From an uncultured beta proteobacterium (GTDB lineage Bacteria; Pseudomonadota; Gammaproteobacteria; Burkholderiales; SG8-41), in contig CAWHFX010000017.1 in NCBI GenBank assembly GCA_963828715.1, forward strand, positions 59,578-123,577: DNA of 64,000 nucleotides. Direction: 5' to 3'. Every line of letters begins with the position of its first letter. Position 1 is the stretch's first letter. Made by a program: the position numbers and the translations under genes. Positions 20,439 through 30,334 of the stretch are shown here, piece by piece. A model generated the notes under the pieces. The model saw only the letters and a list, made by a program, of their open reading frames with translations, was not told where the DNA came from and made no database searches.

Positions 20439-21431
20439 ATGGCAGAGACTCAGCAGATGAAGAACAGCGCACGCAGGATCACGGCGCTGCTGGTGGTGAC
20501 GCTCTCGTGCGTGTTGCCGAACGTCGTACACGGGCAGGCTTTTCCCGCGAAGCCCGTCCGCATGATCGTGGCGAGCTCGGCGGGCAGCAACCCGGATACG
20601 ATCGCCCGGGTTTTCGCGAGTGCGCTCGGCCAGCAGCTCGGCCAGCAGGTGGTGGTCGACGACCGCGCTGGCGCTGGAGGAAACATCGGCGCGGAAGTCG
20701 CGGCGAGGGCTGCGCCGGACGGCTATACCGTGTTCCTCGCGCATACGAACCACAGCATCAACGCGAGTCTCTATCGCAAGCTCTCGTACGACATCCTGGC
20801 CGACTTCTCGCCGCTCACGCTGGTTGCGCAGTCCGCGTTCGTATGCGTGGTGCATCCGTCGCTTCCGGCCAGGACGGCGGGCGATCTGCTCAAGATCGCG
20901 AAAGCGCGGCCGGGCGATCTCAATTACGCGTCGGCGGGGACCGGCAGCGGCACCTATTTCGCGGCGGAGTATTTCAACGCGCTCGGCAACGTCAAGATGG
21001 TGCACGTCGCCTATACCGGTGGCGGTCCGGCGCTCGCGTCGGTGCTGTCCGGCGAGACGTCGGTTTACTTCACGCCGCTCGCGACCGGTCTTGCACACAT
21101 CCGAAGCGGCCGCTTGCGCGCGCTCGGCGTCACGTCAGCGAAACGCCTGCCGGAATTGCCCGATGTCGCGCCGATCGCGGATACGTTGCGCGGATACGAA
21201 GTCCAGTCGTGGGCCGGGCTGATGGTTCCGGTGAAGACGCCGAAGGATGTCGCCGCAACCGTTTATAAATCGGCCGTTGCCACGCTCGGCAAACCGGAGA
21301 CGATGCGCCGCTTCGAGGATCTCGGCTTCACGGTCCAGACCAGCCGGCCGGAGGAGATGCAGAGCTTCGTGAAGACCGAAATCGACAAGTACGCGAGGCT
21401 CATCCGCGACTCCGGCATGGCGCTGCAGTAG
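20439..21431 (+). CDS. Bug/TctC substrate-binding protein
   Basis: FPAKPVRMIV, GAGGNIG, APDGYT, VHPSLP; start may be 20457. Confidence 0.92.
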   Translation: MAETQQMKNSARRITALLVVTLSCVLPNVVHGQAFPAKPVRMIVASSAGSNPDTIARVFASALGQQLGQQVVVDDRAGAGGNIGAEVAARAAPDGYTVFLAHTNHSINASLYRKLSYDILADFSPLTLVAQSAFVCVVHPSLPARTAGDLLKIAKARPGDLNYASAGTGSGTYFAAEYFNALGNVKMVHVAYTGGGPALASVLSGETSVYFTPLATGLAHIRSGRLRALGVTSAKRLPELPDVAPIADTLRGYEVQSWAGLMVPVKTPKDVAATVYKSAVATLGKPETMRRFEDLGFTVQTSRPEEMQSFVKTEIDKYARLIRDSGMALQ

Positions 21432-21472
21432 GACTTGCGATTGAAGCTTGAAGCCATAATCTTTCCGTCCAC

Positions 21473-21552
21473 CCTTCGGGCGTCTCGTCGCGGGAGCCTC
21501 GGGGCGAATGGTGGAAGCCTTCGTGCCGAGGCAGCCGTTGCCCGTCTCCAAA
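21473..21552. repeat. Degenerate palindromic repeat, CCCTTCG...CCTCRGGGCGAAYGG family
   Basis: CCTCGGGGCGAATGG and CCTTCGTGCCGAGG resemble 48001-48190 and 57118-57137. Confidence 0.5.
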
Positions 21553-21578
21553 CATGAGCGAACGAACAGGAGCTTTCC

Positions 21579-22481
21579 ATGGGTCTGACATTCTCTCCGC
21601 TCCATCCCGTCTTCGCCGCCGAATGTTGCGGCATCGACATCGGCGAGCCGATATCACCTGCGGTCGCGACGCAGATCGAGGACGGCATGGATCGCTACGG
21701 CGTGCTCGTATTCCGGCGCAATCGGCCGCTCTCCACCGAACAGCAGATCGCGTTCACGAAAAGCCTCGGCGAGCTCGAAGGACCTTACACGAAGATCAAC
21801 CCGGACAAAGGCGTGCGTCTGGACAACACGGCGGTTTCGGACCAGTCCAATCTCGGGCCCGGCGACACGATCCTGGCACGCGAAGACCGCAAGCGACTCT
21901 TCATGCTCGGCAACCGGCTGTGGCACAGCGACAGCAGTTACAAGACGATTCCCGCCAAGTATTCGTTGCTGTGTGCGCACGTTCTGCCGCCGGAGGGCGG
22001 TGACACCGAGTTCGCCGACATGCGTGCGGCGTGGGATATGCTCGATGCGCGCACGAAGGAACAGGTGAAGGACCTCGTCGTCGAGCACAGCCGCATCTAC
22101 TCGAAGGGCGTGCTCGGCGTGCCGTTCACGGAAGAGGAAAAGCGCGCTTTCGCGCCCGTCACACAGCCGCTCGTGCGCACGCATCAGCGCACCGGCCGCC
22201 ATTCGCTCTTCCTGTCTTCGCACGCGGGACGGATCGTGGGATGGCCCGTTTCGGAAGGCATGCTGCTCCTCCGCGAGCTGATGGAACACGCCACGCAGCG
22301 CGAATTCGTGTATCGCCACAGGTGGCGTGTCGGTGACCTCGTGATGTGGGACAACCGCGTGACGATGCATCGGGCCCGGCCGTTCGACGACCGCACGTTC
22401 CCGCGCGACCTGCGTCGTACGACGCTGACCGCCGGCGCACCGGCGCTCCCGATGTCGCAGGCGCAACGCGAAACCGCTTAG
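21579..22481 (+). CDS. TauD/TfdA family 2-oxoglutarate dioxygenase (TfdA-like)
   Basis: GNRLWHSDSS, GGDTEFADMRAA, WDNR.TMHRA. Confidence 0.92.
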   Translation: MGLTFSPLHPVFAAECCGIDIGEPISPAVATQIEDGMDRYGVLVFRRNRPLSTEQQIAFTKSLGELEGPYTKINPDKGVRLDNTAVSDQSNLGPGDTILAREDRKRLFMLGNRLWHSDSSYKTIPAKYSLLCAHVLPPEGGDTEFADMRAAWDMLDARTKEQVKDLVVEHSRIYSKGVLGVPFTEEEKRAFAPVTQPLVRTHQRTGRHSLFLSSHAGRIVGWPVSEGMLLLRELMEHATQREFVYRHRWRVGDLVMWDNRVTMHRARPFDDRTFPRDLRRTTLTAGAPALPMSQAQRETA

Positions 22482-22531
22482 CCGGCTCCGGTTTCATCGG
22501 ACCGCACCTGTTTTCACGAACAAGGAAGAAC

Positions 22532-22924
22532 ATGATCGACCAGCGCATCATCGGTACATGGAAACTGAAGAGCACGAAGGCGAGCGATGATGAAGGCAAA
22601 GCGCTGCCGCCGCCTTATGGACCGGTCGCGGACGGTCTCGTCTGCTTCGAGAGCGACGGACGGATGTACTGCGTTCTATGCGACGGCCGGCCCGAATTGC
22701 CCGCCGGCGAGTCCCGGCAGTTCATGTCGTATGCGGGTAACTACACGTTCGACGGCACGACGCTGACCACGCGCGTCGATGCGTCGTCGGACGCATCGCG
22801 CATCGGCGGCGAGCAGTTGCGCACCGTCAGGTTCGAACGAGGCGGCATCGTGCTCGCGCCGCCACGACGGCTTTACATGGGCTCGATGCAGCATCACGAG
22901 CTCTTCTGGGAGCGCCTTGCGTAG
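22532..22924 (+). CDS. Lipocalin-like domain protein
   Basis: IGTWKL, G...F..DGRM, SY.G.Y, Q.R, L.WER. Confidence 0.8.
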   Translation: MIDQRIIGTWKLKSTKASDDEGKALPPPYGPVADGLVCFESDGRMYCVLCDGRPELPAGESRQFMSYAGNYTFDGTTLTTRVDASSDASRIGGEQLRTVRFERGGIVLAPPRRLYMGSMQHHELFWERLA

Positions 22925-22975
22925 CACTGGAATGCCGCGCTGATTCATACGGCGTGGCCTGGGAGGTTCAATGGC

Positions 22976-23074
22976 GTGCATGGCTGCGACGTCTTCACAT
23001 TTCGCGGCGATAAGATCGCGTTGAAGGATTCGTATCGGAAGAATCGTCCGCCGCTGCCCGCATCGAGCCGGTGA
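22976..23074 (+). pseudogene. C-terminal remnant of an NTF2/SnoaL-like protein
   Basis: VHGCDVFTFRGDKIALKDSYRKNRPP with no N-terminal part. Confidence 0.55.
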
Positions 23075-23080
23075 GTTCTG

Positions 23081-24091
23081 CTACGAACCAGCCGGTGCGG
23101 AATTGACGGACCTTTCGTAAGCACGTCTCAGCTCGTTGTGCGCTTCGTCGAGCGTGATCGTGCGGAATCGCAGCGACTGCCCGGGTCGCGTCTGCGCGAT
23201 GCGGCCGATGTCGAACGAGCAGACCGTCGCGATCTTCGTGTAGCCGCCGGTGGATTGACGGTCGACCAGGAGCACGATCGGCTGGCCGTCGCCGGCGACC
23301 TGCACCGAGCCCAGCGCGATGCCGTCGGACACGATGTCGTGGCCCCGCACGTGCGCGATCGATGCACCGCGCAGACGCGCACCCATGCGGTCCGATTGCG
23401 GCAGCATCTCGTACGGACTTCCCAGAAATGCGGCGATGCCTCGTTCGGTAAAGCGATCGGCTTGCGGACCGAGGACGACGCGGATTTCGGCCTCACCCGG
23501 CTGAACATCAGCCGCGTGGTGCGCTGGCGCGGATGGCTTCCCCTCACCCCCACCCTCTCCCCGACTCGGGGCGAGGGCGTGTTCGACCGCCCGACACGTC
23601 TCGAGCGGGGCGTGTCCCGAGCCGAGGGCGGGCAGCAGCTTAAGCCGGTCCCCTTTGCGCAGCGCGCGCCCTTCGAGCCCGCCCAGTCCGCCGCGCAGAT
23701 ACGTCGAGCGAGAACCCATGACGAGCGGCACGTCGATCCCGCCGCGGAACGCGATATATCCACGCACACCCGTGCGCGCAGGGCCGATTCTGACGACATC
23801 GCCCGGCTGGAGCGCGAGCACCGTCCGGCGGGATGCCGGTTCTGCGTTCATCGTTACCGGCATCTCCGCACCGGTCACGGCGATCGCGCACTGCGCGTGG
23901 GCACGAAAACGCGGGCCGATCAAGGTGCATTCGAGTGCCGCCATCGAATGGCTGTTGCCGACGAGAAGGTTCGCGGCCACGAACGCATCGCGGTCCATCG
24001 GACCCGATGGCGGAATGCCGAAGCGCAGGAAGCCGAAGCGGCCGAGGTCCTGCACCGTCGTGAGCGGACCGGGATCGAGTATCTCGATCAT
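23081..24091 (-). CDS. pxpC: 5-oxoprolinase subunit C / allophanate hydrolase subunit 2 family
   Basis: PG.LTTVQDLGR.G, N.LVGN, GSRST, SDRMG.RL, G.VQV..DGQPI.L..DRQ.TGGY. Confidence 0.9.
   Translation of the reverse strand: MIEILDPGPLTTVQDLGRFGFLRFGIPPSGPMDRDAFVAANLLVGNSHSMAALECTLIGPRFRAHAQCAIAVTGAEMPVTMNAEPASRRTVLALQPGDVVRIGPARTGVRGYIAFRGGIDVPLVMGSRSTYLRGGLGGLEGRALRKGDRLKLLPALGSGHAPLETCRAVEHALAPSRGEGGGEGKPSAPAHHAADVQPGEAEIRVVLGPQADRFTERGIAAFLGSPYEMLPQSDRMGARLRGASIAHVRGHDIVSDGIALGSVQVAGDGQPIVLLVDRQSTGGYTKIATVCSFDIGRIAQTRPGQSLRFRTITLDEAHNELRRAYERSVNSAPAGS
23540..23577. repeat. CCCTCACCC-type REP-like palindrome inside pxpC
   Basis: CCCCTCACCCCCACCCTCTCCCCGACTCGGGGCGAGGG, near-identical to the intergenic copy at 36750. 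Confidence 0.8.
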
Positions 24092-24801
24092 GAGATCCTC
24101 GGCGCATAGGTGTGGCGCTGGATGGCCGCAGCGATGTCGTCGAACTCGTCACGGCCGATCGCACGGAAGCGCAGCCGGTCGCCCGGGCGCAGCAGTATCG
24201 GGTCGCGGCTCTTGCGGTCGTAGATCGGAACCGGCGTGCGTCCGATCACCCAGAACCCGCCGGGGCTCTCCACCGAGTAGATGCACGACTGCGTGCCGCC
24301 GATGGCGACACTTCCCGCGGGTGTGCTCGTGCGCGGGGTGTCGAGGCGCGGAATGACGAGGCGCTCCGGCGTGCCGGTGAGATACGGTTGTCCCGGTGCG
24401 AAGCCGATGAAGTAGACGAGATACTCGGCGCTGCTGTGCAGGTCCATGAGCCCGGACGTCGAAAGTCCGAGCCGCCCGGCCGCGCGCTCGAGCTCGAAAC
24501 CGAGCTCCGGATCGCTGTAGCAGCACGGCAGCTCGACGACACGCGCCTGGGCCAGTTCCGTCGTCGCCGCTCGTGCGTCGAGCCCGGCGATCGACTCGCA
24601 CAGCGCGGCGTAGCCGATATCGAGCGGGTCGTAGTACACGAGCAGCGAGCGAAACGCCGGTACGGTTTCGCGAACGGCCGGAATGCGCTCGGTGATGAGT
24701 TGCTCGAGCGCACGCAGGCGTGTCGCCAGAGCATCGCCGATTGCGCCGTCGAGCTCCACGAGCACGGCGAGATCGCCCGCCGGCTGAAACGTGAGGCTCA
24801 C
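24088..24801 (-). CDS. pxpB: 5-oxoprolinase subunit B / allophanate hydrolase subunit 1 family
   Basis: GD.A.LVE, VP.FRSLLV.YDP, GF.PG.PYL, PR...PR...PAGSV.IG, SPGG...IGRT. Confidence 0.9.
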   Translation of the reverse strand: MSLTFQPAGDLAVLVELDGAIGDALATRLRALEQLITERIPAVRETVPAFRSLLVYYDPLDIGYAALCESIAGLDARAATTELAQARVVELPCCYSDPELGFELERAAGRLGLSTSGLMDLHSSAEYLVYFIGFAPGQPYLTGTPERLVIPRLDTPRTSTPAGSVAIGGTQSCIYSVESPGGFWVIGRTPVPIYDRKSRDPILLRPGDRLRFRAIGRDEFDDIAAAIQRHTYAPRIS

Positions 24802-24876
24802 GGGATGACGAGGCGCGAAATCAACACGCCAGAGGTGACACGCCGCTCCGCGTTCGTCACGAAACGAGTCATCGTA

Positions 24877-25872
24877 TCACTGCGTCTGATAGAGCCCCGC
24901 ACCCTTGACGACGCGCGTCCACTTGTCCGTTTCCGCAGCGATCCACGCACCGAACTCGTCCGGCGTGGTGCTGGGCGACGGCTCCGCGCCGAGCGCGGCG
25001 AGCCGCTCCCGCGCATCCTGTGCGACCACGGCACGCGCCGTCTCGCGGGCGAGCTTCTGAACGATTTCGGGCGGCGTCCCCGCCGGCGCGAGCAGCCCAC
25101 CCCAGCCGAGCGAGATCACGCCCGGGAATCCGGATTCGGCCATCGTCGGCGTATCCGGAAAAGCGGGAGAACGCTTGTCGCCCGCCGTTGCGAGGAGCCG
25201 CAGGCGTCCCTGGTTCACGAACGGCGTCACGCCTGCCGAAGGCGAAAACATGAGCGCGACCTGTCCGCCCACGAGGTCGGTAATGGCAGGCGTTTCTCCC
25301 TTGTACGGTACGTGCAGGAGCTTCAGCTTCGCTTCGATACGCAAGAGCTCGGTCGTGAGATGCGTCTGATTGCCGACCCCGAAAGAGCCGTAGAGGAGCT
25401 CGCCGGGATGCGCCCGTGCGAGGGCGACGAGCTCTTTGACGTTCTTCACCGGCAGATACGGATTCACCACGAGCGCCATCTGGTTGGTGACCGTCTGCGT
25501 GACGGGTGTGAAGTCGCGCAGCGTGTCATAGGGCAGCGATTTGTAAACCGACGGATTGATCGTCAGCATCGAGCTGAAGCCGTAGAGAAAGGTGTAACCG
25601 TCGGGTTTCGACTTCGCAACCGCTTCCGCGCCAATGATTCCGTTCGCGCCGGCGCGATTATCGACAATGACCTGCTGGCCCCAGGCGTCCGCGAGTTTGG
25701 CCGCTATCGTACGTGCGACCGTATCGGTTCCGCCGCCTGCCGCCTGCGGCAGTACGATGCGCACGACCCGGTTCGGATAATCGGCGGCTGCCGGTTTCGT
25801 CTGTGCCACGCATGTTGCGGGAAATCCCACGGCTGCGAGCACCATCGCACATGATCTCGCGGCGATTTTCAT
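24877..25872 (-). CDS. Bug/TctC substrate-binding protein
   Basis: GGGTD, DNRAGANG.IG, PDGYT, HVPYKG. Confidence 0.92.
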   Translation of the reverse strand: MKIAARSCAMVLAAVGFPATCVAQTKPAAADYPNRVVRIVLPQAAGGGTDTVARTIAAKLADAWGQQVIVDNRAGANGIIGAEAVAKSKPDGYTFLYGFSSMLTINPSVYKSLPYDTLRDFTPVTQTVTNQMALVVNPYLPVKNVKELVALARAHPGELLYGSFGVGNQTHLTTELLRIEAKLKLLHVPYKGETPAITDLVGGQVALMFSPSAGVTPFVNQGRLRLLATAGDKRSPAFPDTPTMAESGFPGVISLGWGGLLAPAGTPPEIVQKLARETARAVVAQDARERLAALGAEPSPSTTPDEFGAWIAAETDKWTRVVKGAGLYQTQ

Positions 25873-26004
25873 GCGCTCTTCGGTCTTTGCTGGATGTTCT
25901 TCGATGCTAGCATGGACCGGCCCCTATGCCCGGCGACGACTCGTTGCATGCAGGCGCGCGCAATCGCGGTTAATCTAACGATCTTATCGAACCCGGGAGG
26001 AGCC

Positions 26005-26991
26005 ATGAGCCAGTCGCCAAAGATCAGCTACAGCGTCGTCGAAGGCTGGGAACAGTTGCCGAAAGACTGGGCGCACCGTGACGTTGCGGGCGTCGCGGTC
26101 GATCAGGAAGACCGTGTGTATCTCATCTGCCGCGGCGATCATCCGATCATCATGTACGACCGGCAGGGCAACTTCAAAGGCTCGTGGGGCGAAGGCGAAT
26201 TCTCCTATCGCACGCACGGCATCTATGTGGCGCCGAACGGCACGATCTTCGCGACCGATGACGGCCAGCATACGGTGCGCCAGTTCACGCCCGAGGGCCG
26301 ACTGCTGATGACCATGGGCACGAAGAACACGCCATCGAATACCGGATACGACGGCAAGAACCTGGACACGATCACCCACGGCGGCCCGCCTTTCAACCGC
26401 CCGACCAACGTCGCCATCGGGCTGAAGGGCGAGATCTACATCACGGACGGCTACGGCAACGCGCGCGTGCACATCTTCTCTCCCAAGGGCGAGCTCATCC
26501 GCTCGTGGGGCGAGCCAGGCAAGGGTCCGGGCCAGTTCCATCTGCCGCACGGGATCGCGGTGGCCGCCGACGGGCGTGTGTTCGTGTGCGATCGCGAAGG
26601 CGACCGCATCCAGATCTTCAGCCCCGAAGGCGAATACCTCGCGCAGTGGACCGACACGCAGCGTCCGACACATATTTGCTTCGACGGGAAGGGCAATGCG
26701 TACGTGACCGAGCTCGCGTGGCACGAAGGAGACAAGAACTACCGCGAAGACGTTGTGATCAAGCAGTCCCGGCACGCGCGCATGAGCGTCTACGATAAGG
26801 ACGGAAAAATGCTCGCGCGCTGGGGCACGCCCGAGTGCACCGCGCCCGGCAGCTTCGCGGCGCCGCACGGCCTCGCGCTCGATTCGAAAAACGATCTTTA
26901 CGTGAGCGAGGTGACGTGGACGTTCGCGGTGAGTCGTGGTCGCGCGCCGGAGGACTGCCACACATTCCAGAAGTTCGCGCTGAATGCATGA
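26005..26991 (+). CDS. NHL-repeat beta-propeller, peptidyl-alpha-hydroxyglycine lyase-like
   Basis: FNRPT.VA, Y.TDGYGNARV, WG.PG.GPGQF.LPHGIAV, DRE..RIQ.F; GGAGG RBS. Confidence 0.88.
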   Translation: MSQSPKISYSVVEGWEQLPKDWAHRDVAGVAVDQEDRVYLICRGDHPIIMYDRQGNFKGSWGEGEFSYRTHGIYVAPNGTIFATDDGQHTVRQFTPEGRLLMTMGTKNTPSNTGYDGKNLDTITHGGPPFNRPTNVAIGLKGEIYITDGYGNARVHIFSPKGELIRSWGEPGKGPGQFHLPHGIAVAADGRVFVCDREGDRIQIFSPEGEYLAQWTDTQRPTHICFDGKGNAYVTELAWHEGDKNYREDVVIKQSRHARMSVYDKDGKMLARWGTPECTAPGSFAAPHGLALDSKNDLYVSEVTWTFAVSRGRAPEDCHTFQKFALNA

Positions 26992-28418
26992 CCCTGGCTG
27001 AGATGACAGCCACCGCGGCAGCCGAGCGGGTCGATCGTGCGGGCGCGACCCGCGACTCCGCGATCCTCGCGACGTATCACGCCCGCACCCGGCGCGCCGC
27101 GGAGTTGAGCCGTCACGCACGCGAGGTATTGCCGGGCGGCATCGTGCACGAGTCGCGCCGCATGTGGCCCTATGGCATCTACGGCGACCATGCGCTGGGT
27201 TCGCGCAAGTGGGACGTCGACGGCAACGAATACGTCGATTACTACGGCGGTCACGGCTCGTTGCTGCTCGGACATCAGCATCCGCAGGTGCTCGAAGCGA
27301 TTCAGCGTCAGCTCGGGCGAGGCATGCACCTGGCCGCTGCGCATGCGCTCGAAGTCGAGTGGGCTGCGCTGATTCGCGACATGGTGCCCTCGGTGGAGCG
27401 CGTGCGCTTCACGTCGTCCGGCACCGAAGCGACGCAGCTTGCGCTGCGCCTTGCGCGCGCGCAGACGGGCCAGCGCCGGATCGTGCGCTTCGCGACGCAC
27501 TTCCACGGTTGGCACGATCACGTCGCCAACGGCGTTCACGATCATTTCGACGGGTCGCCGAACGCCGGCGTATTGAACGAAGTCGCGTCCAGCACGACGC
27601 TTGTCGCTCCCAACGATGTGGCCGCGGTCGAGCGCGTCATCGAGACGTGCAAGGATGTCGCGGCGGTCATTCTCGAGCCGGTCGGCAGCAGCTCCGGTAT
27701 GGTCCCGACGCCGCCGGAAGTGCTGGGCGCGCTCCGCGACATCACGCGCAGGCACGGCGTCATTCTGATTTTCGACGAAGTCGTGACGGGGTTTCGCGTC
27801 GCACCGGGTGGTGCACAGGCGTTCTATGGCGTGATTCCGGATCTCACGACGATGGCGAAGATCCTCGCCGGCGGCTTACCGGGCGGGGCGGTCGGCGGAC
27901 CGAAAGATATTCTCGACTGGTTGGATCACGACGCGACGAGCGCGCGCGGACGCGAGCACGTCAACCATCACGGCACGCATAATGGACATCCCTACAGCGC
28001 CGCGGCGGGCATTGCGACGCTAACCGTCGTACGCGACTCGGATGCGTGTGCCAGAGCGTCGGACACCGCGGCGCGACTGCGGCGGGCCATGAACGACGTG
28101 CTCGAGGCCGAGGGCGTACCGTGGGCGGTGTACGGCGAGCACTCGTTCTTCCACATCCATTCCAATCCATGCGGCGAGCCATTTCGGCCGACCGCTTTCG
28201 ATGCGAGCACGATCACACCGGACACACTGAAGGGCCGCAACGAGACGGTGCTCAACCTGCTGCGGATCGCGATGCTCAATCACGGTGTCGATCTCAAAGG
28301 CTGGCGTGGTGGCCTGGTCTCGGCGGCACACACGCCCGAGGACGTCGAGTTGACCGTGGATGCGTGGCGCAGGTCTCTGCGCGATCTCAAAAGGGAGGGC
28401 CTGCTTGAGCCAGCCTGA
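26988..28418 (+). CDS. Class III PLP aminotransferase (GSA-aminomutase-like)
   Basis: DVDGNEY.D, SGTEA, FHGWHD, LIFDEVVTGFR, PDLTT.AKI.AGG.PGG. Confidence 0.9.
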   Translation: MTLAEMTATAAAERVDRAGATRDSAILATYHARTRRAAELSRHAREVLPGGIVHESRRMWPYGIYGDHALGSRKWDVDGNEYVDYYGGHGSLLLGHQHPQVLEAIQRQLGRGMHLAAAHALEVEWAALIRDMVPSVERVRFTSSGTEATQLALRLARAQTGQRRIVRFATHFHGWHDHVANGVHDHFDGSPNAGVLNEVASSTTLVAPNDVAAVERVIETCKDVAAVILEPVGSSSGMVPTPPEVLGALRDITRRHGVILIFDEVVTGFRVAPGGAQAFYGVIPDLTTMAKILAGGLPGGAVGGPKDILDWLDHDATSARGREHVNHHGTHNGHPYSAAAGIATLTVVRDSDACARASDTAARLRRAMNDVLEAEGVPWAVYGEHSFFHIHSNPCGEPFRPTAFDASTITPDTLKGRNETVLNLLRIAMLNHGVDLKGWRGGLVSAAHTPEDVELTVDAWRRSLRDLKREGLLEPA

Positions 28419-29604
28419 TGCTCCTTTCCCCCGCGTGGTGAGCGGGCTGCTCAACATCGGTCACGCCGCCGATCACATGTTCCTGCTGATCTTCGCCACC
28501 GCCGTGGCATCGATCGCGGCCGACTTCGGTTACGCGAAGTGGGAAGATCTGATGCCGTATGCCGTCGGCGCGTTCGCCCTGTTCGGCCTCGGCGCCTTGC
28601 CGGCCGGACGATTGGGGGATCTGTGGGGCCGCCGCGTGATGATGATCGTGTTCTTCGTGGGCCTGGGTGCCGCCGCCGTGCTCACCGCGTGTACGCAAAA
28701 CGCCTGGCAGCTTGCGGCCGGACTTACGCTGATCGGCGCGTTTGCGTCGATCTACCACCCGGTAGGCATTCCGATGCTGGTGCAGAACGTGCCGAACCCG
28801 GGCGCAGTGATCGGATTCAACGGACTCGCCGGAAACCTCGGTATCGCGGTCGCCGCACTCGTCACGGGCTTTCTCGTGAAATGGTTCGGCTGGCGTGCTG
28901 CATTCGCGGTTCCGGGCGCGCTTGCCATCGTGTGCGGCGTGATATTCGCGATCGTCTGTCCGAACGAAACCGAAGCGCCGGCCAGGCGCAAAGGCAAGGC
29001 GACCGTCATTCTTTCACCGGCGATGATGGCGCGCGCCTTTACGGTAATGACCGCCGCCGCCGTGACCGGAAGCCTCCTTTTCAACTTCACCACCAACGGG
29101 AACGCGCAGCTTCTGTCGGAGCGCTTTGCCGGCGTGCTGGAAGACCCCGCCATGCTCGGCGCGTTGCTCGCGCTGGTCTACGCCATCGCCTCGCTTGCCC
29201 AGCTCGTCGTCGGCAATCTCATCGATCGCATGCCGTTCAAGCCGCTGCAGCTGTGGATCTCCGTCGTGCAGGTGCCGACGCTGATCGCCGCCGCGCATGC
29301 GCAGGCCTGGGGCTTTTTCGTCGCGCTGGTTGCCGTGATGGTCTTCATCTTCGGCGCGATCCCGTTCACGGATGCGATGATCGTTCGCTACGTGGATGAC
29401 CGGCTGCGCTCGCGGGTGTCCGGCATGCGGCTCACCGTCTCGTTCGGTATCAGCTCGCTTGCGGTGTGGCTCCTCGGGCCGCTGGTGAAAGGCATAGGGT
29501 TCACGGCGCTGGTCTGGCTGATGGTCGGCATTGCCGCGGTTCGCGCCGCCATTGTCCTGCTCCTGCCGGACGAGCGTACGGCGGCACAGACCGCGGCGTC
29601 GTAG
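28405..29604 (+). CDS. MFS transporter
   Basis: About 12 hydrophobic segments; G.L.D.WGRR motif A; IYHPVG. Confidence 0.88.
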   Translation: MSQPDAPFPRVVSGLLNIGHAADHMFLLIFATAVASIAADFGYAKWEDLMPYAVGAFALFGLGALPAGRLGDLWGRRVMMIVFFVGLGAAAVLTACTQNAWQLAAGLTLIGAFASIYHPVGIPMLVQNVPNPGAVIGFNGLAGNLGIAVAALVTGFLVKWFGWRAAFAVPGALAIVCGVIFAIVCPNETEAPARRKGKATVILSPAMMARAFTVMTAAAVTGSLLFNFTTNGNAQLLSERFAGVLEDPAMLGALLALVYAIASLAQLVVGNLIDRMPFKPLQLWISVVQVPTLIAAAHAQAWGFFVALVAVMVFIFGAIPFTDAMIVRYVDDRLRSRVSGMRLTVSFGISSLAVWLLGPLVKGIGFTALVWLMVGIAAVRAAIVLLLPDERTAAQTAAS

Positions 29605-29623
29605 GGGGGCGCTCGCCTGACGC

Positions 29624-30334
29624 TCAGCGCGCGTTCGGGAACAGACTGCGCGCCGCCTGCGGGTCAGCCGCGAGATCGACCACGTTCCCGTGCGCAAGAA
29701 TGAGCCAGCGCGGACGGTCCTTCTCGTATTCCTGTGTGAGCCACTGTCGGAGCGCGTGCTTGTCGCGCACCATGAACAGCGATCCGATGCGGTTGTAACG
29801 CAGACCGACGCCGTAGCTCAGTCTGAAAACCAGCTTCCATAGCGGACTGGGCGGCAGCTCGCTGATGTTGATTACGAGGTCCGTCAGATACCACGCGAGG
29901 CCCTGGGGCGTTCTGATACGGACGAGGGCCTCGCCGGTCCGGTAGTAGGGCATGTCCGTCAGTTCCACGGCCGCGCCGGTGAGCGCCTTCGCATCGGCGA
30001 GCGGCCGGACGTTCGCGATGCCGGTTTTGGCTTCGACGCGGGCGATCGACTGCGCCGGCGCGAATACGGCGGCAGCGGGAAATCGCTGTTTCCATTCCGG
30101 GATGCCCATGTTGTGAAACGCATTGGACGCAACCAGCGCGCGCACCGGGCCGTACGACGCGAGCTCGTCGAAAACCCGCTGTTGCACGCGATAGGGCGGG
30201 CTCAGCACGATGAGGCCCGATTGACCCCCGACCGCAAGCGCGTTGACGCGGGCCGGACCGAAACGGTATGCGGTCACCAGAACCGGTAAGTCGGCGTTGA
30301 ATACGCTCCACACCGAACGCGTCGCTCGCATCAT
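29624..30334 (-). CDS. Hypothetical protein, degenerate metallo-beta-lactamase fold (DUF4336-like)
   Basis: L.V.SP, GPV..LVA.N.FH..GI.EW...FP.A, TD, AHG. Confidence 0.6.
   Translation of the reverse strand: MMRATRSVWSVFNADLPVLVTAYRFGPARVNALAVGGQSGLIVLSPPYRVQQRVFDELASYGPVRALVASNAFHNMGIPEWKQRFPAAAVFAPAQSIARVEAKTGIANVRPLADAKALTGAAVELTDMPYYRTGEALVRIRTPQGLAWYLTDLVINISELPPSPLWKLVFRLSYGVGLRYNRIGSLFMVRDKHALRQWLTQEYEKDRPRWLILAHGNVVDLAADPQAARSLFPNAR

Noticed and set aside
19020-21098. Long antisense ORFs (also 24112..25854, 37071..38717, 42655..44469, 58008..59510)
   Set aside because: Stop-poor shadow frames of high-GC genes, with no recognisable motifs.
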